Positions 37,734 through 52,607 of a stretch of DNA of 64,000 nt are shown piece after piece. The notes under the pieces were generated by a model that was not told where the DNA came from, did not search any database, and worked only from the letters and a program-made list of their open reading frames with translations. Every line of letters begins with the position of its first letter. Position 1 is the stretch's first letter. This DNA comes from Octopus sinensis (lineage: Eukaryota). Position numbers and translations under genes: made by a program. The stretch lies in NCBI RefSeq assembly GCF_006345805.1, contig NC_043000.1, positions 111,600,001-111,664,000 of the forward strand, written 5' to 3'.

Positions 37734-39789
37734 ATGGTGTTGGTAGTTGTAGTGTTAGTAGTAGTATTGGGAGGAGGAGGTGGTGGTGGTGATAAGAAGG
37801 GCCAGCAGAATGTGTATTTTAGGGTCTGCGCTAAGTTTGGGAAAAGTTTGGGAGACGTAAGTGTTTGATTAGAGTGACAGGTATTTTGAGAGGAAACTTT
37901 GATCGTTCACACGAAACTGGACAAAAAAAAATCAAAGAAGAAGAAGAAAAAGAAAGAAAGAATAGTTTAGAGAAAGCATGAAAGAAAAATAATTGACTCA
38001 AATATAATTAAACTATCGTTATTTTGTTGTTGTTGTTGATGCAAATGGCCGTCCGGTTGAATAAAAATTCGTTATATACAACGGAAGCAGTATGCGATTA
38101 GAAAAGCTTCTCAAAGTGCCTTGCTCTGGTCACATGATCTATATCCACCCATATTTCTTTCATGGCTCTTTCCATCGGGGTTTGTACCGTTTCCCACATG
38201 GAGTCCAAGTTTTAATCGACACAGTCATTTACTACCGTCTTCCGGATATTTGCTATCAAAACTTCGGGTGAGAGGCTAACTTATGCTCTCTTTCCATTCA
38301 CCTTTACATGATGCTTCGTCAATAAAGTGTACCGAACTTTTTAGGGCGGGTGAGAAATATTGTGATGATTTCGCTGCCATTCCAGCAAAAGAGTATCCCC
38401 TCATGGGTCGTCCTCACTACAAACTTTGTTATGGTCGATGTTCTTGTTGTTGTTGCTGCTGTTTTTGCTGTTGTTCTTTTGGCTGCAGATGCTGCTGGTA
38501 CCCTAGTGTTGAACTCGTACTTATTTTATCGACCCCGAAAGGATGAAAGGCAAAGTCGACCTCAGTGGAATTTGAACTCTGAAGACACATAACCCCACTA
38601 CCCACCCCACATAAGCATTTCACAACGTCGTGTAATAGGACATGAACATTTTCGACACCTAAAACATAAAAGTGAGTTACTCTTGTTTAGACAGTATCGC
38701 CTCCCAGATCGCACTCTACAATCTAAAGCTTACACCAACTCAAATCTCGATCACGATATCGAGGTCGTAACTACAAAAACCTCTCAAACTAGCCTAAGTA
38801 CAAGTCTTCGGGAGAAAGAGAATTATAACATTTCGGGAAAGACTTTTCATCGAATAAAGATTAAATATATTTAGAAGTAATTTCATCTTTCTCCGGTGAA
38901 GTTTTTCTGTCTTGAAACTTTTCTTTATTGTAAAGTACCGTATTTACTTCTGTATAAGTCTTGTTATTTTAAACTTGATTTAACCTGGAAAAACTGGGTT
39001 GTGACTTACACACGGGGCAAAGCTGATATCAAGCTTAAATATGAATGGAAAACATTTTGTACCAAAACTTAACCCTAAATTAGGGGTGCAACTTATACAC
39101 AACAGCAGCATACACGAATAAATGTAATTTATTGCGCACTCTGTATTAAATATACTCATACTTAACTATTGTTTCTTCATGCGAATGGCGCTCCTGAGTG
39201 ATGAATATTGTTCATTTGTTGTAGCTTTTCTTACTTTTCTGCTGTTGTTTATCTTTTATCATTTACCTATTCTAGTCATAAGACTGCGGCCACGCTGGGG
39301 CACTGCCTTGAAGAATTGTGAGCCTCCAATGAATCACCCTCCCAGTACGTCTTCTTTTTAATGCCTTATACTTATTCTATCAGTCTCTATGCCGAACCGC
39401 TAAGTTAAGGGGGCGCAAACAAACCAACATCGGCTATCAAGCGGTGGTGTGGGACAAATATAAACACACACGCGCATACACGCTAACACATGCGCGCATG
39501 TGGTGGTGGTGATGGTGGTGTGGTGATGTGGTGGTGTTGGCGGCGGCGCTGCTGGTGGTGGTGGTGGTGGTGGCGCGGCGGCGGTGGTGGTGGTGGCGCG
39601 GCGGCGGTGGTGGTGGTGGCGCGGCGGCGGTGGTGGTTGTGGCGGCGGCGGCGGTGGTGGTGGTGCTGGTGGCGGTGGTGGTGGTGTTGGTGGCGGTGGT
39701 GCTGGTGCTGGTGGCGGTGGTGGTGCTGGTGGCGGTGGTGAGCATGATGATGATGGTTGTTGTTGTTAAGCAACAAGACGGGTAAGAGT

Positions 39790-39965
39790 GATTAGGTGAT
39801 GGTCTAGGGCTTAGGGACGGGAGACCCCAGACCTCGGAAAAAAAACTTTGGCCGTCTTGTAGTCGAGGGCTCTTCGTTGACGCCCGTCACTATGGGGAGG
39901 TGGCCCTCGAAGTCGCTGGAAATGGAGATCTCCAGGTCCAAATTCTTGAACGACTGATGATGATG
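39790..39965 (+). mobile_element. Probable RTE-type 3' fragment with (GAT)n tail
   Basis: GDPRPRKKNFGRLVVEGSSLTPVTMGRW..EMEISRSKFLND* followed directly by tgatgatg. Confidence 0.45.
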
Positions 39966-40424
39966 GTGGTGGTGATAGTAGTGGTGGTGGTGATAGTAAT
40001 GGTGGTGGTGATGACGACGAAGACGACTACGACGATGATGGTGAATATATTTCTGTAAAATGAGTCAGTGTGTGGATCGGCAGAATCGACAGAGCGTCAG
40101 ACTCCAGGTTCAAATCCCACTGAAATCAATTTTATCTTCCATTCTTTTTGGGGTGGAAGGTCGATATGAGTAAATACCAGTTATGTATTGGGATTGTCAT
40201 AATCGACTGTCACTCCCCACCACCCAATAAGTGTGAGGCTTTTTGTCTATGATAGAAATCAATATATTTATGTATCTAAAGATGGTGGAATTACAGAATC
40301 GGTGGAGCATCGGACATAGTACCTTGTGGTATCTGATGTATCTGTGTCCTGAATCCAAATCCCGCCGATTGATTGTATCTTTAATTCTTTCGGGATCGAT
40401 ATTACAAATCACCTCCTGTAGCTA

Positions 40425-40735
40425 AGTGGTTAGCGTATCCAGCTCACAACCGTAAGGTCATAGGTTCGATACCAGGTGGGTCGTTGCGTCCTTAAGCAAA
40501 GCATTTTATTTCACGTTTCTCCTGTTCATTCACATGGCAAAAATGAGTTGTACCTGTAATTCAAAAGGGCCAGCCTTGTCCCATTCTGTGTCAAGCTGAA
40601 TCTCACTGAGAACTACGTTAAGGGTACACGTGTCTGCGGAGTACTCAACCACTTGCACATTAATTTCACGAGTAGGTTGTTCCGTTGATTGGATCAACTG
40701 GGACCCGCGTCGTCGTAACCGACGGAGGGCCAGTT
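40425..40735 (+). mobile_element. tRNA SINE (family-D head, distinct tail)
   Basis: tagctaagtggttagcg...ggttcgatacc A/B boxes, ccttaagcaaagcattttatttcacg, tail ending gtcgtaaccgacggag. Confidence 0.75.
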
Positions 40736-40737
40736 CA

Positions 40738-40799
<62 letters not shown>

Positions 40800-41179
40800 C
40801 ACAATACGTGGTACTATGTCTATGTCGGGAAAATATGTTAAAGCACAACAACTGAACATTGTCCAGAGGAAGAAGCTTCAATATGGTCGCTCGATATGCT
40901 AGAAATAACAGGTAACTCTCCTTCAAATCAGAATCTACCGTCTTAATTAAAGGAGGATATATTGAACAATGTAGTCCATGATATACAAAAGAGACGAGAT
41001 AGTCGCGGCTGGAACACCTTTGAGAAAAAATTAGTTCAATCAAGATTGATCAAGTGTTAAACAACAGTAGCAACTAAGCAAACTTCTACGTGGATCCTCA
41101 GCCTGTTAGAAATAGCAGTGAAATCTCCGTCATATCTCATCCTGCCGTTTAAAAAAAAAAACATAATGACACCTCCGAT

Positions 41180-41748
41180 CAGTGGCTCTCAACCGGAGTT
41201 CATATGACATTTGGGGTCCAATATAAAGATGTTGGGGTTCACACAATCAAAACAGCAAATGGGATCCACGGTATTATTTTATGCTGCATTTGATGTATTT
41301 ACTGCCAGAAACGACTCGGTTGGTTTCTTTCTCTGACATTTTACTCAGTTCAGCTTACGTAAGGAAGAGTGTTATAAACAAAACAGGAATTTTGAAAGAA
41401 GTATGTATAAAACTAGTTTTTGAATATCGAATGGCTCAAGGGGTCCACCTGAATAAAATAAGGCGGCGAGCTGGTAGAACCGTTAGCACGCCGAGCGAAA
41501 TGCTTAGAGGTACTTCGTCTGCCGTTACGTTCTGAGTTCAAATTCCGCCGAGGCTGACTTTGCCTTTCATCCTTTCGGGGCCGATAAATTAAGTACCAGT
41601 TACGCACTGGGGTCGATGTAATCGACTTAATCCCTTTGTCTATCCTTGTTTGTCCTCTCTATGTTTAGCCCCTTGTGGGCAATAAAGAAAACAGAATAAA
41701 CAATATTCAAAAGGGCCCATAGGTAAAAAAAATGGATGAGAACCACTG
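41180..41748. mobile_element. hAT-type MITE with a nested full-length family-A SINE (41462-41690, +)
   Basis: TIRs CAGTGGCTCTCAACC / GGATGAGAACCACTG. Degenerate 8-bp TSD cctccgat / ctttagat. Confidence 0.75.
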
Positions 41749-42319
41749 CTTTAGATAATCGATGTAGATATAATAGAGACATTGTCTTAAATATAAAGAA
41801 ATGGGATGGCCACGGGTGGAACGAATTTGGTCATAGGCCTACTGAATCAGAATCGACTGGTCTAAGCAACAACAACAATGCAATAACGCATTAGAGGTAC
41901 AACACCGACTTTGGCGTTCCTGATGGTCTGGAACCTTTTATAATCCTCTCGAATACCAGCAGGAACTTCTACCTGTGTTTCATTTAATTAAGTATTACTT
42001 TGTGTTGACCAAAGTGATCATTCCTGGTACGGAAAAATCAGCAATTTGGAAATGCTTTGGAACCAAAGGTTCCGGAAAATTGATGCTGGAAAATTGATTC
42101 CGGAAAATTGATGGTGTCCCTGTAAAAGATTATAAAATTGTTCCTGCAGGTTGGTAACTCATGACGTCTTTTTTGCTCAGCTTCTCAGGAAACCTGTCCA
42201 TGAAATTATCACGAAAACTTTGGGTTCTATTGCACATACTTAAAAAAAACATACATAATAATAAAAAACATACTTAATAGTAATAAAAACTATGGAGAAG
42301 ATATTCTGGATGAACTTAC

Positions 42320-42360
42320 CGACAAAATCAAGTTGAAGACCCGCAAAAAGATTGACAGCT
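42320..42360 (-). CDS. Candidate small upstream exon (possibly the same gene)
   Basis: Acceptor gttaacattttccag|, donor TCG|gtaagt. 41 nt, open as AVNLFAGLQLDFV or LSIFLRVFNLILS. No independent support. Confidence 0.3.
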
Positions 42361-42550
42361 CTGGAAAATGTTAACAAACAGCTGAGAACGATCAAACATA
42401 GTGTTGTTCGAAGATCAAACCACATTTCGTCAAAGAATGTCACAGTTTATACATATATAGATTCAAATATATATAGAGAGGGAGAAATAGATAAACGGGT
42501 GAGTATATATATGTATATATAAGAGAGAGAAAGAGAGAGAGGGGGATATG

Positions 42551-42590
<40 letters not shown>

Positions 42591-43229
42591 ATTTTTAAAA
42601 TAGCCCAATAAATGATATTCCGTGTGTGAGTGAGTGTCGGTATGATAAATGTATTCAATACCAAGATGGTTCTGTTCAATTAGGGTGCATCCAATTTGCA
42701 GCCTGTTGGCCCAGACTAATGTCTTGTAAGAAGAGACAAGTTTTACCAGACTTCACTCTATGTGTGTGTGTGTGTGTTCAAACGTCATACCAGGTTTTAT
42801 TCACCTTAGAATCTCTCACTCCCTTTCTCTCTATCACTCTCTTCCTTTCTCTCTCTTTATCATTCTCCCTCTCTCTCTCTCTGTTCTCCCTAATGTCGTT
42901 CTCTCTTTTATTCAGTCAGTCTCTCCTACTCTTTATCTGTCTTCTTCAATGCCTTCTACTCTTCGTCAGACTTTCACTCTTTTCTTTCTCACAGACTCTC
43001 ACTCCTTCTCCATTATCTCTCTCTCTACTTTGCTCTCACGCCCTTTTCTTTATCTCTCTTCTTCTCCCCCCCCCCCCTCTCTCTCTCTTCCTCTTCATCT
43101 CTTCATCTTCCTTTCTCGTTGTTATTCTCTTCCCTTAACTCTCCACTGTAAAACTCACCTTAGAAAATGATCAATTAGAAAGGTTGCCACTACAAATACT
43201 TACAGACAGACAAACACCTAGGCATACAT

Positions 43230-43385
43230 ACAAACATACATGCTTGCATACATACATACATATAAATGTACATACGTATATTTATACATACATACGTGTG
43301 TGTCAGTGATTACAAGCATTTATAAATTTCAGCATGTGTACATGGATGTATATATTGTGTATATGTGTGTGTATATATGTATGTT

Positions 43386-43465
<80 letters not shown>

Positions 43466-43480
43466 TATATACATACATGC

Positions 43481-43526
<46 letters not shown>

Positions 43527-43613
43527 TATATATATACTTATATACATATATACATATATATATGTATATATGTAGTATATATATATATATTATATATATG
43601 TGTGTGTGTGCAG

Positions 43614-43658
<45 letters not shown>

Positions 43659-43745
43659 ATATATATATACATATATATATAATGTATATGTATGTATGTA
43701 TGTATGTATGCATGTATATGTATGATATATGTATACATATGATAG

Positions 43746-43822
<77 letters not shown>

Positions 43823-43904
43823 TATATATCCATACATGCATATATATGCGTATGTATATGTGTATGAATATGTATGCATGTATATATATATATGCACATA
43901 TACG

Positions 43905-43968
<64 letters not shown>

Positions 43969-44110
43969 CACACTAGTGTGTGTGCATATATACGTGCAAA
44001 CATACACATAACATGCATATGCCTACAGATATATAAGCATAGATAGACATGCACATATATATGCATATACATATGTATGTATGTATATATGTATGTATGT
44101 ATGTATTATG
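43230..44110. repeat. Long compound (TA)n/(CATA)n low-complexity tract
   Basis: Direct inspection. Confidence 0.95.
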
Positions 44111-45137
44111 TAAGTGTGTATGTAAGCATGTACAATTTAGGGGGTGTTCATTTAGGGGGAAACTAAGTCAGTGGTAGGGGAGTAAGTGTTACAGAGTTAT
44201 ACAGGGTACAGGTGTGACATAAGCAAACAAGACCCAGACGCAGAGAGAGAAGGGGAAGAGAGAGAGGGGGATGGAGAGAGAGATGGAGAGAGATGGGATG
44301 GAGAGAGGGGGGAATCTGCAGTAGATAGAGTAAAAAGTGTGAGTAAGAGAGGGGCTTGAAAACTGGTGTAGGGGAGGGGAGGCATGTTAGTGGATATGTA
44401 TTTGGAGTGGAAGGGAAGGATGGAGGAGGGTTTGAAGGGAGTGGAGGGGTGGAGGGGGACGAGGTCCAATTACCAAGTTGACAGCAGTCAGGTAATAATG
44501 AAACAAGAAATGAGTGAGGCTGAGGGAATGACCGAAGGAGTCGGTGGCCATTATATTGCATCGACAACAACAACAAACTGTGGCAAGAACAACAAGAACG
44601 GTAAGAGTTCCAGTTGCAGGAGCAACAACAGGTAGAGGAGGAAGAAGAGGAAGAGGCGAAAGTGGGTGGGGGAGAGAGAAAGAGTGAGAGAGAGAGAGAG
44701 AAAGTGAGGGTTTGTGAGAAAAAAATCAAATGAAATGCCATGTAGCAGAAAGATTGTGGTAGACATTTTGAAAATTTGACAAGACAGCAAAGTAAAGCCA
44801 GGAATTTTACCTTTTGAAAGGCTTACAAGCAACAAACGAAACACATACACACACACACGCACACACACACACACACCACACACACGTAGTTGTACATGTA
44901 TTCATACACACATATGTATATATGCGTGGGTATTGTTTGTATTGTATAACATGAACCATCAGTGATTAATAAAGAAAAGATTATTATTATTATTGTTGTT
45001 GTTGTTACTGTTGTTATTATTATTATCATTATTATTATTATTATCATTATTATTATTATTATTATTATTGTTGTTGTTGTTATTGTTATTATTATCGCCA
45101 TCGTCATCATCATCATCATAATCATCATTATTATCAT

Positions 45138-45168
<31 letters not shown>

Positions 45169-45297
45169 AAGAAGAGTTGAAGACTGGAATTTGTGATATT
45201 GTCCATAGAAGTTCTTCCCTAAGTAATCACTTGGATTATCTTATCACAGCTGATCTACTATCTGTCTGTTTGTCTGTCTCTCCCCCACTCTCTTCCG

Positions 45298-45374
<77 letters not shown>

Positions 45375-46353
45375 TATGTGTGTATATATATATGTATATA
45401 TATATGCGTACACATTATATGTTTGTGTATATTTATATATATTACAAACGTTTATTTATTCGAAAGAATAGAGAAGATAGTACTCAATGTGTAAGTATAT
45501 CATATACTATATTCTATTTAAATTTAATATGTATCTTGTAATTCGAGTTTCATGCCACAACGATCTTCACGCGACGACAGTAAACCTGACTGAAGACACG
45601 GCTACGTGAACTTCATCTCACTGTGACATGAAACTCGTCACGTCATATATGCAGTTTAAATAAGTTATGCGTACGTGTCTGATGAATGTGACAGCGACGG
45701 AGGAAGAATGCTAGATTGCGTGGCTAAACATATTTCAGTATTTAATAATTCTTCTGTCCATTGAATGTTCAAACCTACTTCTAATTAAATGAATATGCAA
45801 GGAACCACTGCATTCGCAGTACAACTTCAATTCTACAAATTAACTTTTATATACTCATATTATAATCTATGCTATAGTCTGTAAGTAAAATTGCTCGAGA
45901 GGATAATCTAATCGTTGTGCTACTAACTGATAAGGATGGCTACGGGTTCGACTATACAGGAGGGAATTTGTTGCGTCTCAGTGGAGTCAGGTGTAGCGGG
46001 AAGCAGAAAACATTTTCAAAAGATTGGATAATACAACAATATAGTCAACAATCATCGGTAGATTTCCCTCATCATAGACTCAATACCAACAAGCGATTTT
46101 CAGTGGAAAGTTCCCTAAGGAAATACGATTTATGCACGCATATGCACATACATGCATACATACATACATACATACATACATACATGCATGCATACATACA
46201 TACATCCATGCATACATTCATATATACATACATATATACATATACACATACATACATACATACATACATACATACATACATACATACATACACTCATACA
46301 TACATACATACATACATACATACATACACTCATACATACATACATACAGACAC

Positions 46354-46454
<101 letters not shown>

Positions 46455-46477
46455 AGATAGATAGACAGATAGATAAA

Positions 46478-46531
<54 letters not shown>

Positions 46532-46605
46532 TACATACATCATACACATACATACATACATACATACATACATACACATACAAAACATGCATACATACAT
46601 AATAT

Positions 46606-47188
46606 CTAATGTAGGATAAAATTCTTTTCGAAAAAAATTTTATCAATGGCCAGCATATTAAAATATACCTTTAAAGGTTAAATTTATAAACAATTCATAA
46701 ATAAGGGCAAACGAAAAAATTTCTAATGCCAAATATGCCGAAAAATTGGACATATTGTCCATTAACCATATAATTTTTTCACAATACGCACGCTACTCGA
46801 AAAGGTCGACAGAAGTTTCTAAAAAATTCCATTATTACCATATCGGACCGATTTCAGGGTTAGCTTATAACAGCCCTCCCTTCGTCAGTGATACATGTGG
46901 CAAAAGAAATAAATGAGATACTTACTCATACCCATGGAAGAAGGGTATGAGTAAGCATCCCATTTATTTCTTTTGCCACATGTATCACTGACGAAGGGAG
47001 GGCTGTTATAAGCTAACCCTGAAATCGGTCCGATATGGTAATAATGGAATTTTTTAGAAACTTCTGTCGACCTTTTTGAGTAGCGTGCGTATTGTGAAAA
47101 AATTATATGGTTAATGGACAATATGTCCAATTTTTCGGCATATTTGGTATTAGAAATTTTTTCGTTTGCCCTTATTTATGAATTGTTT

Positions 47189-47191
<3 letters not shown>
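46606..47191. mobile_element. Asymmetric fold-back element, family B' (249-bp arms plus unpaired hairpin extension)
   Basis: Near-perfect IR 46685-46933 / 46943-47191 with a 9-nt loop. Extension 46606-46684 contains the 30-nt palindrome GATAAAATTCTTTTCGAAAAAAATTTTATC. Microsatellite flanks. Confidence 0.9.
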
Positions 47192-47227
<36 letters not shown>

Positions 47228-47951
47228 AAGTAGAGAGGCTATACTATTATGCTAATGATGCTATGCTGTTATGCTAATTAATAATGTGTCAATTAGCGGT
47301 GTCATTGATAATTTTTTCTTACCTCAATGATGCCGGTCACATATATTAAAGTCCCTTATAGAACTATATTCATAAAAAAGTATAGAGAAAAAAAACATTC
47401 ATTTGAGAAAAAAACATTCATAACTTTTTTCTTTTAAAACTTCGTTCCATGAGTTTGACTCCATGGAATTCTTCGAATTAAGTTCTATCTTTTAAGCTTA
47501 ATTAAAATATAGTTTGTATTTAAAATTAAAAAAGTTTATTATACTTAGATCTAGTTCTTTGCTTTATTTTTTTTTTATATTTTACCTCACAATATTTTTA
47601 TACAAATTTTTGTTGCATGGGGCTAAAATTATGAAATTCTTCATGCTTTCTTCTATCATTGAAACTAAGATAAATATATTTTGCTTTTAAAATAAAAAGT
47701 TATTTAGATCTAAACTTGATTGGAGGCGTTTCTCACTCTCCTATAATGTTGCTACAAATTTTTTCTACATGATCAAATCTCAATTTTTTATACCAAAATG
47801 TAGCTAGGGACCAGTCCTCTTCAAAAATGTTAGCAGTTTTCAATTTAGTTAAGAACTGAATCAGAGACAAGCTCTGCAAGATGCTGCATGTGAGTAAATA
47901 ACGGCCATAAGATATTATTCAACTGCTACTGTAGTTGAATGATATATATAT

Positions 47952-47999
<48 letters not shown>

Positions 48000-48436
48000 T
48001 ATTTATATGTATATATTTCTTACGAAACACATAGACCGCATGGAAGTGCTCAAGTCGAACCTGAGGCGTTCAACATGTATAATAAATGAAATGGAAAAAG
48101 TTCAAGTTAGGCAAACTACATTGAACACATATTACAAGATACATATTAAATTAAGATAAAAATTGCCCAAAATAAAACATACATTAATATATTAAAAATA
48201 TAGAAATATATGAAAATTACAAATATATATATATGAACATATAAATATATGAATATGAATGTTTAAACGTAGCAATAATATAATGAATTATAGGGATAAA
48301 AAAGTTTTTGAAAAAAGAATTGAAAATATAGTGAAGAGATGATAATAGGCATCAAAATAAGGTTTCAGGTTACATATTAAAAGAAATGTGTGTGTGGGGG
48401 TGTATGTCTGTATGTGCATGTGTGTGGGGGGGTGTC

Positions 48437-48750
48437 ATTGTTCAGTTTTATTTCAAGATTCCTTACCAATAGAGAAAGAGCCGGTTTCTAACCTAGAATC
48501 AAAGCTCCATCATTGGAATTTCAACCTTAATAACAGGGTATTTTTGTTTGTATATTGTATGTATATGTACAGATTTATATGTTTCGCTTTATGTGTGTCG
48601 TCTCATGCAAATAGTTACATATCTAGACATGCTCATATATATTTAAATAATAAACTTCTGGAAAGTTTTACAGATATTTACAGTTTCCCTGATAGACTGG
48701 ATCTGTAGTCTTAGAATTAGTTGTCCCTTTTCTGGTTTTGAGAAGTCTAA
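48437..48750 (-). mobile_element. R4/Dong-clade 3' fragment
   Basis: Same 3' UTR as 885-1112, and LDFSKPEKGQLILRLQIQSIRETVNICKTFQKFII*. Confidence 0.8.
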
Positions 48751-49924
48751 TTTATATATTACGTTTAATTTTCTTTTGTATTCTTTATTTGTCTAATGCT
48801 ACACATTCAGTAAATATACATTTAGGGCACAGCTAGAGAAATGTGCTCCCACCACGACTTTGTTTTCTCATAACTTTCTGAAAAACAGTTATTTGTTAAT
48901 AGATTTTTCTACAAATACCTTTCAGATGGTGCACATTACGGTTATATTAGAATTTGCTATAAAAAAAAACTTCTTCGGGGGTAGGGAAAGGAGTTTCGGA
49001 TAATTCACACATCACTCGATTCTATTTCCTTATAACTTCCAGGAAAACAGGTATTTTTTAATGAATTGTTTTGTTGTTAACATTCAGATGACATAGATTA
49101 CAATTATATCAGAATAAAAAACAGTGGAAGCGGATATTTAACTCATCTCGACTTTGTTTCTTCATACCTTTTGATGATTTGATTTACAATTATGTTGAAA
49201 ATAATATTTTTGAGACCCATATGATCATTGCTTTTTCTAGTATAACAGACGGCCACGTAGAGGTCACCTCTGAGTTTGTTTAAAAGATAGAGATTAAAAC
49301 TGCGATAAAATACTGAAATAAATGTGTATTCAGTAAAGGACTCCTTGGATAATGTTGTCTCGGGTTCACCTTAGCTTTCAAAAGACATGATGGTCATTGG
49401 GGGAACGCCTTTGATCATGGTTGATTATGAGGAACTTATCATTCTGACGAAATGCGAAACAATGATTACTTACCGTGTTTCGAGACCCGACATTTATGAA
49501 GTAAGTTAGGGCCCTTATAATATCTACACATGGCTGCAAAAGTGTGTGGCTTTGCGGTCAGGGCGTTGCTCTCCCGATCGCAAGGTTGTTGTTTCGATTA
49601 CTGGGCCGGGCAGTACGTTGTGTTCTTAAGCAAAACACTTCCTTTCACGTAGCTGAAGCCCACTCAGCTATGAATGAGTAACCCTGCAACGGTCAAGGGG
49701 AATGCTGTGATTTTGGTCACTTATACGCCAAGGAAGCCGGGCAATTGACTCCATTAGTCTTAGGACTCGAAACTATGGAAGACTGGTGGGATTATTATTT
49801 GGTCGTGATTTTGCATATAATTTAGTTATTGCAGATTTACTATTAATACTGATACGATGTACGTTGGTTTATGTTTCTTTGTTGCAGTCAGTGTTTAATC
49901 CTGCCTGTATTTAAATTTGTTGTT

Positions 49925-50215
49925 TGTTCCTTCTCGAACCACGCCTGGCTCATAAGGGCCGGTTTCCTTGGCGTATAGGTTCCCCACCTGGACGGGATGC
50001 CGGTCCGTCGCAAGTGAGCTGCAAGATGCAGGAGGAAAGAGTGAGAGAAAGTTGTGGCGAAAGAGTCAGCAGAAGTTCGCCATTACCTTCTGCTGGAGCC
50101 GCGCGGAGCTTAAATGTTTCGCTCATAAACACACAGATCGCCCGGTCTGAGATTCGAAACCGCGATCCCTCGACCGCGAGTCCGCTGCTCTAACCACTCT
50201 AACCATGCGCCTCCA
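49925..50215 (-). mobile_element. Full-length tRNA SINE (about 290 bp)
   Basis: GGAGGCGCATGGTTAGAGTGGTTAGAGC...GGTTTCGAATCTC head; tail gacggaccggcatcccgtccagg...ccggcccttatgagcc. Related tails at 49690-49780 and 60495-60590. Confidence 0.85.
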
Positions 50216-50657
50216 CTGTATTTAGATTAAAAGAATGTGGTTATTAAGCTTCCACATTTATATCATACTATGGAAGACGGTAGGGATTATAATTTTTGTA
50301 TGACTTAAAGGTTTGGTCGCTGTTTAGTTATGTATTTAGGAGTTGGTTGCTATTTACTTATTGAATTTATTTACCGATACGGTTGTACATTGGGTAAATG
50401 TGTCTGAAAGTTGTGGTTTCTTTTGTTTGTTTCTTCCCAAACAACACTTATTTTAGTTTTGTTGACACCGCCGGATTGAATGGTACTGCCCAGATGTCGA
50501 AACCATAATGATATCCGTGGGGCAGCTGACGATGGAGGTATGTTGGATTGTTGGTATGGCTGTTTTGTATATGTGAAATAGTATTATAGCAATCCTTTTG
50601 ATACATACATACATACATACATACATACATACATACATACATACATACATACATGCA

Positions 50658-50689
<32 letters not shown>

Positions 50690-51198
50690 CATCTACATAC
50701 ATACATACATACATACATACATACATACATACATACATTCCTGCATACATAGTATGCAAGCTGTTTTTATTATGGAAAACTAGACCTTCTAGAAACTTCC
50801 AAGAGAAACGCTAAGCTTCTTGAATAATTAAGAATCACGTCTCATGACGTAGATGCTTCGAGAAACTTAGTAAAGGGAGTTTACTCTATAATCTTTCTTG
50901 CAAGGGAGGTCATTCAACTATCTAGCAATCGCGATAGAGGGCTCGTACTTTTGTAGGGGTCAGGGTAATCCTGGATCTGAGGGGTGCCTTGAGTGACTTT
51001 AGTTGGGATTTTCTCCTGTATCTGAAGAACTGGATCATTCCTGTTATCACATACATCCCCCATTATATATACTTTTATCACATTTCACTTCCTTTTCCAT
51101 TTCTTTCTCTCCGTCCTTTATGTAAATCACCACACAAATTATTATCTCTCCTTGTGATGTCCCCCTCGTCTATGACCCTGTGGCTAATAGAAGAAATT

Positions 51199-51236
<38 letters not shown>

Positions 51237-51251
51237 TACCATCATCATCGC

Positions 51252-51320
<69 letters not shown>

Positions 51321-51856
51321 CATAGGTGTTGTGTTGCGGTTATTAAATGGCCCAATTGTCTCTAGTGACATGATGTAGTCTGGGTTTAATTAATGCCCTT
51401 ATCATGGCTGTCAAATGTGATTCTTGGATATAATGAGTTTTCTTTTCATAACAAACAGAATACAGGCTGAAGTGGGGCAACTTATTTCATTGGGGTTATA
51501 CGCCTTTGATTAAAAGGTAGAGTGAGAGGGGGGCGCTCTGCTAAAGTATCGTACACACACACACATACACACACACACAAATGCACATACATATATATGT
51601 ATATATATATCATATGTATATACATGCTTACACATATGTAAATGTTTGCACATCTATATGCTTATCTGTTTATCTAGCTATATACACACACATATGTGTG
51701 TGTATTATATATATATATATAATATATATATATATACATACACATATATGTATATACATACACACACACACACACATATATATATAATTTAGCAAAAACA
51801 CAACATAGTATATGTGTGCATGCATGTATATGTATATAGAAAGAAAGAAAGAAGGA

Positions 51857-51903
<47 letters not shown>

Positions 51904-52487
51904 TGGTTAGGTGCAAATGATCCCATTGTAAATGTATTTATTCCTAAAAGGAATGAAAGGAAAGTTGGCCTCGGCTCGATTTGAACTCATAACGCAGTGA
52001 ACCGGACGACCGTTTACCGTAAGTTATTCTATCCGACCCTTAAACGGCTCTGTCAGTTTGCAATCTTCACACTAAAATTATTTCACATAAACACGTACAG
52101 TAACATAAAATACATGTGCACACATACACACACACATATAAACACACATATACATACACACATACATACACCTACACATATACACGCATAAGTACACACA
52201 TATACACCACACATACACATGTATGCACACACGCACCCACACACACCCACACACACTCATACAGTTGTAAATTCATTGTTCAATTTTTGCACTTCCAATT
52301 CGTACTAATTAAATATGTACCACGTGACAGAGCCTATACACGGTCGAGCAGCCCGTTAGAAATAACAGCCAAATCTTTCGAAATACATGATGTTGTCCTA
52401 GAAAAGAAAAAGGACATCTAGCAGTTATGCAAGATTTTCGGCCCTTAACTCTTTACACTCAAGCGATGTTGGGGGGGACAAACACAG

Positions 52488-52518
<31 letters not shown>

Positions 52519-52522
52519 TATA

Positions 52523-52606
<84 letters not shown>

Positions 52607-52607
52607 A

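Noticed and set aside
39805-40055. Minus-strand open frame ...QSFKNLDLEISISSDFEGHLPIVTGVNEEPS with a good acceptor
   Set aside because: Half of it is trinucleotide repeat, and the plus strand resembles an RTE 3' end with a (GAT)n tail.
41990-42120. Minus-strand exon candidate (...HFQIADFSVPGMITL)
   Set aside because: Built on 14-bp ggaaaattga tandem motifs typical of transposon subtermini, with no good donor.
45878-46140. About 90-codon non-repetitive plus-strand open frame (DKDGYGFDYTGGNLLRL...)
   Set aside because: No ATG or splice signals and no recognisable motif. The length is compatible with chance.
49440-49475. atcatt-CTGACGA-aatgc-GAAAC-aatgat
   Set aside because: It has the core words and a stem I-like pairing, but no stem II, stem III or cleavage triplet.
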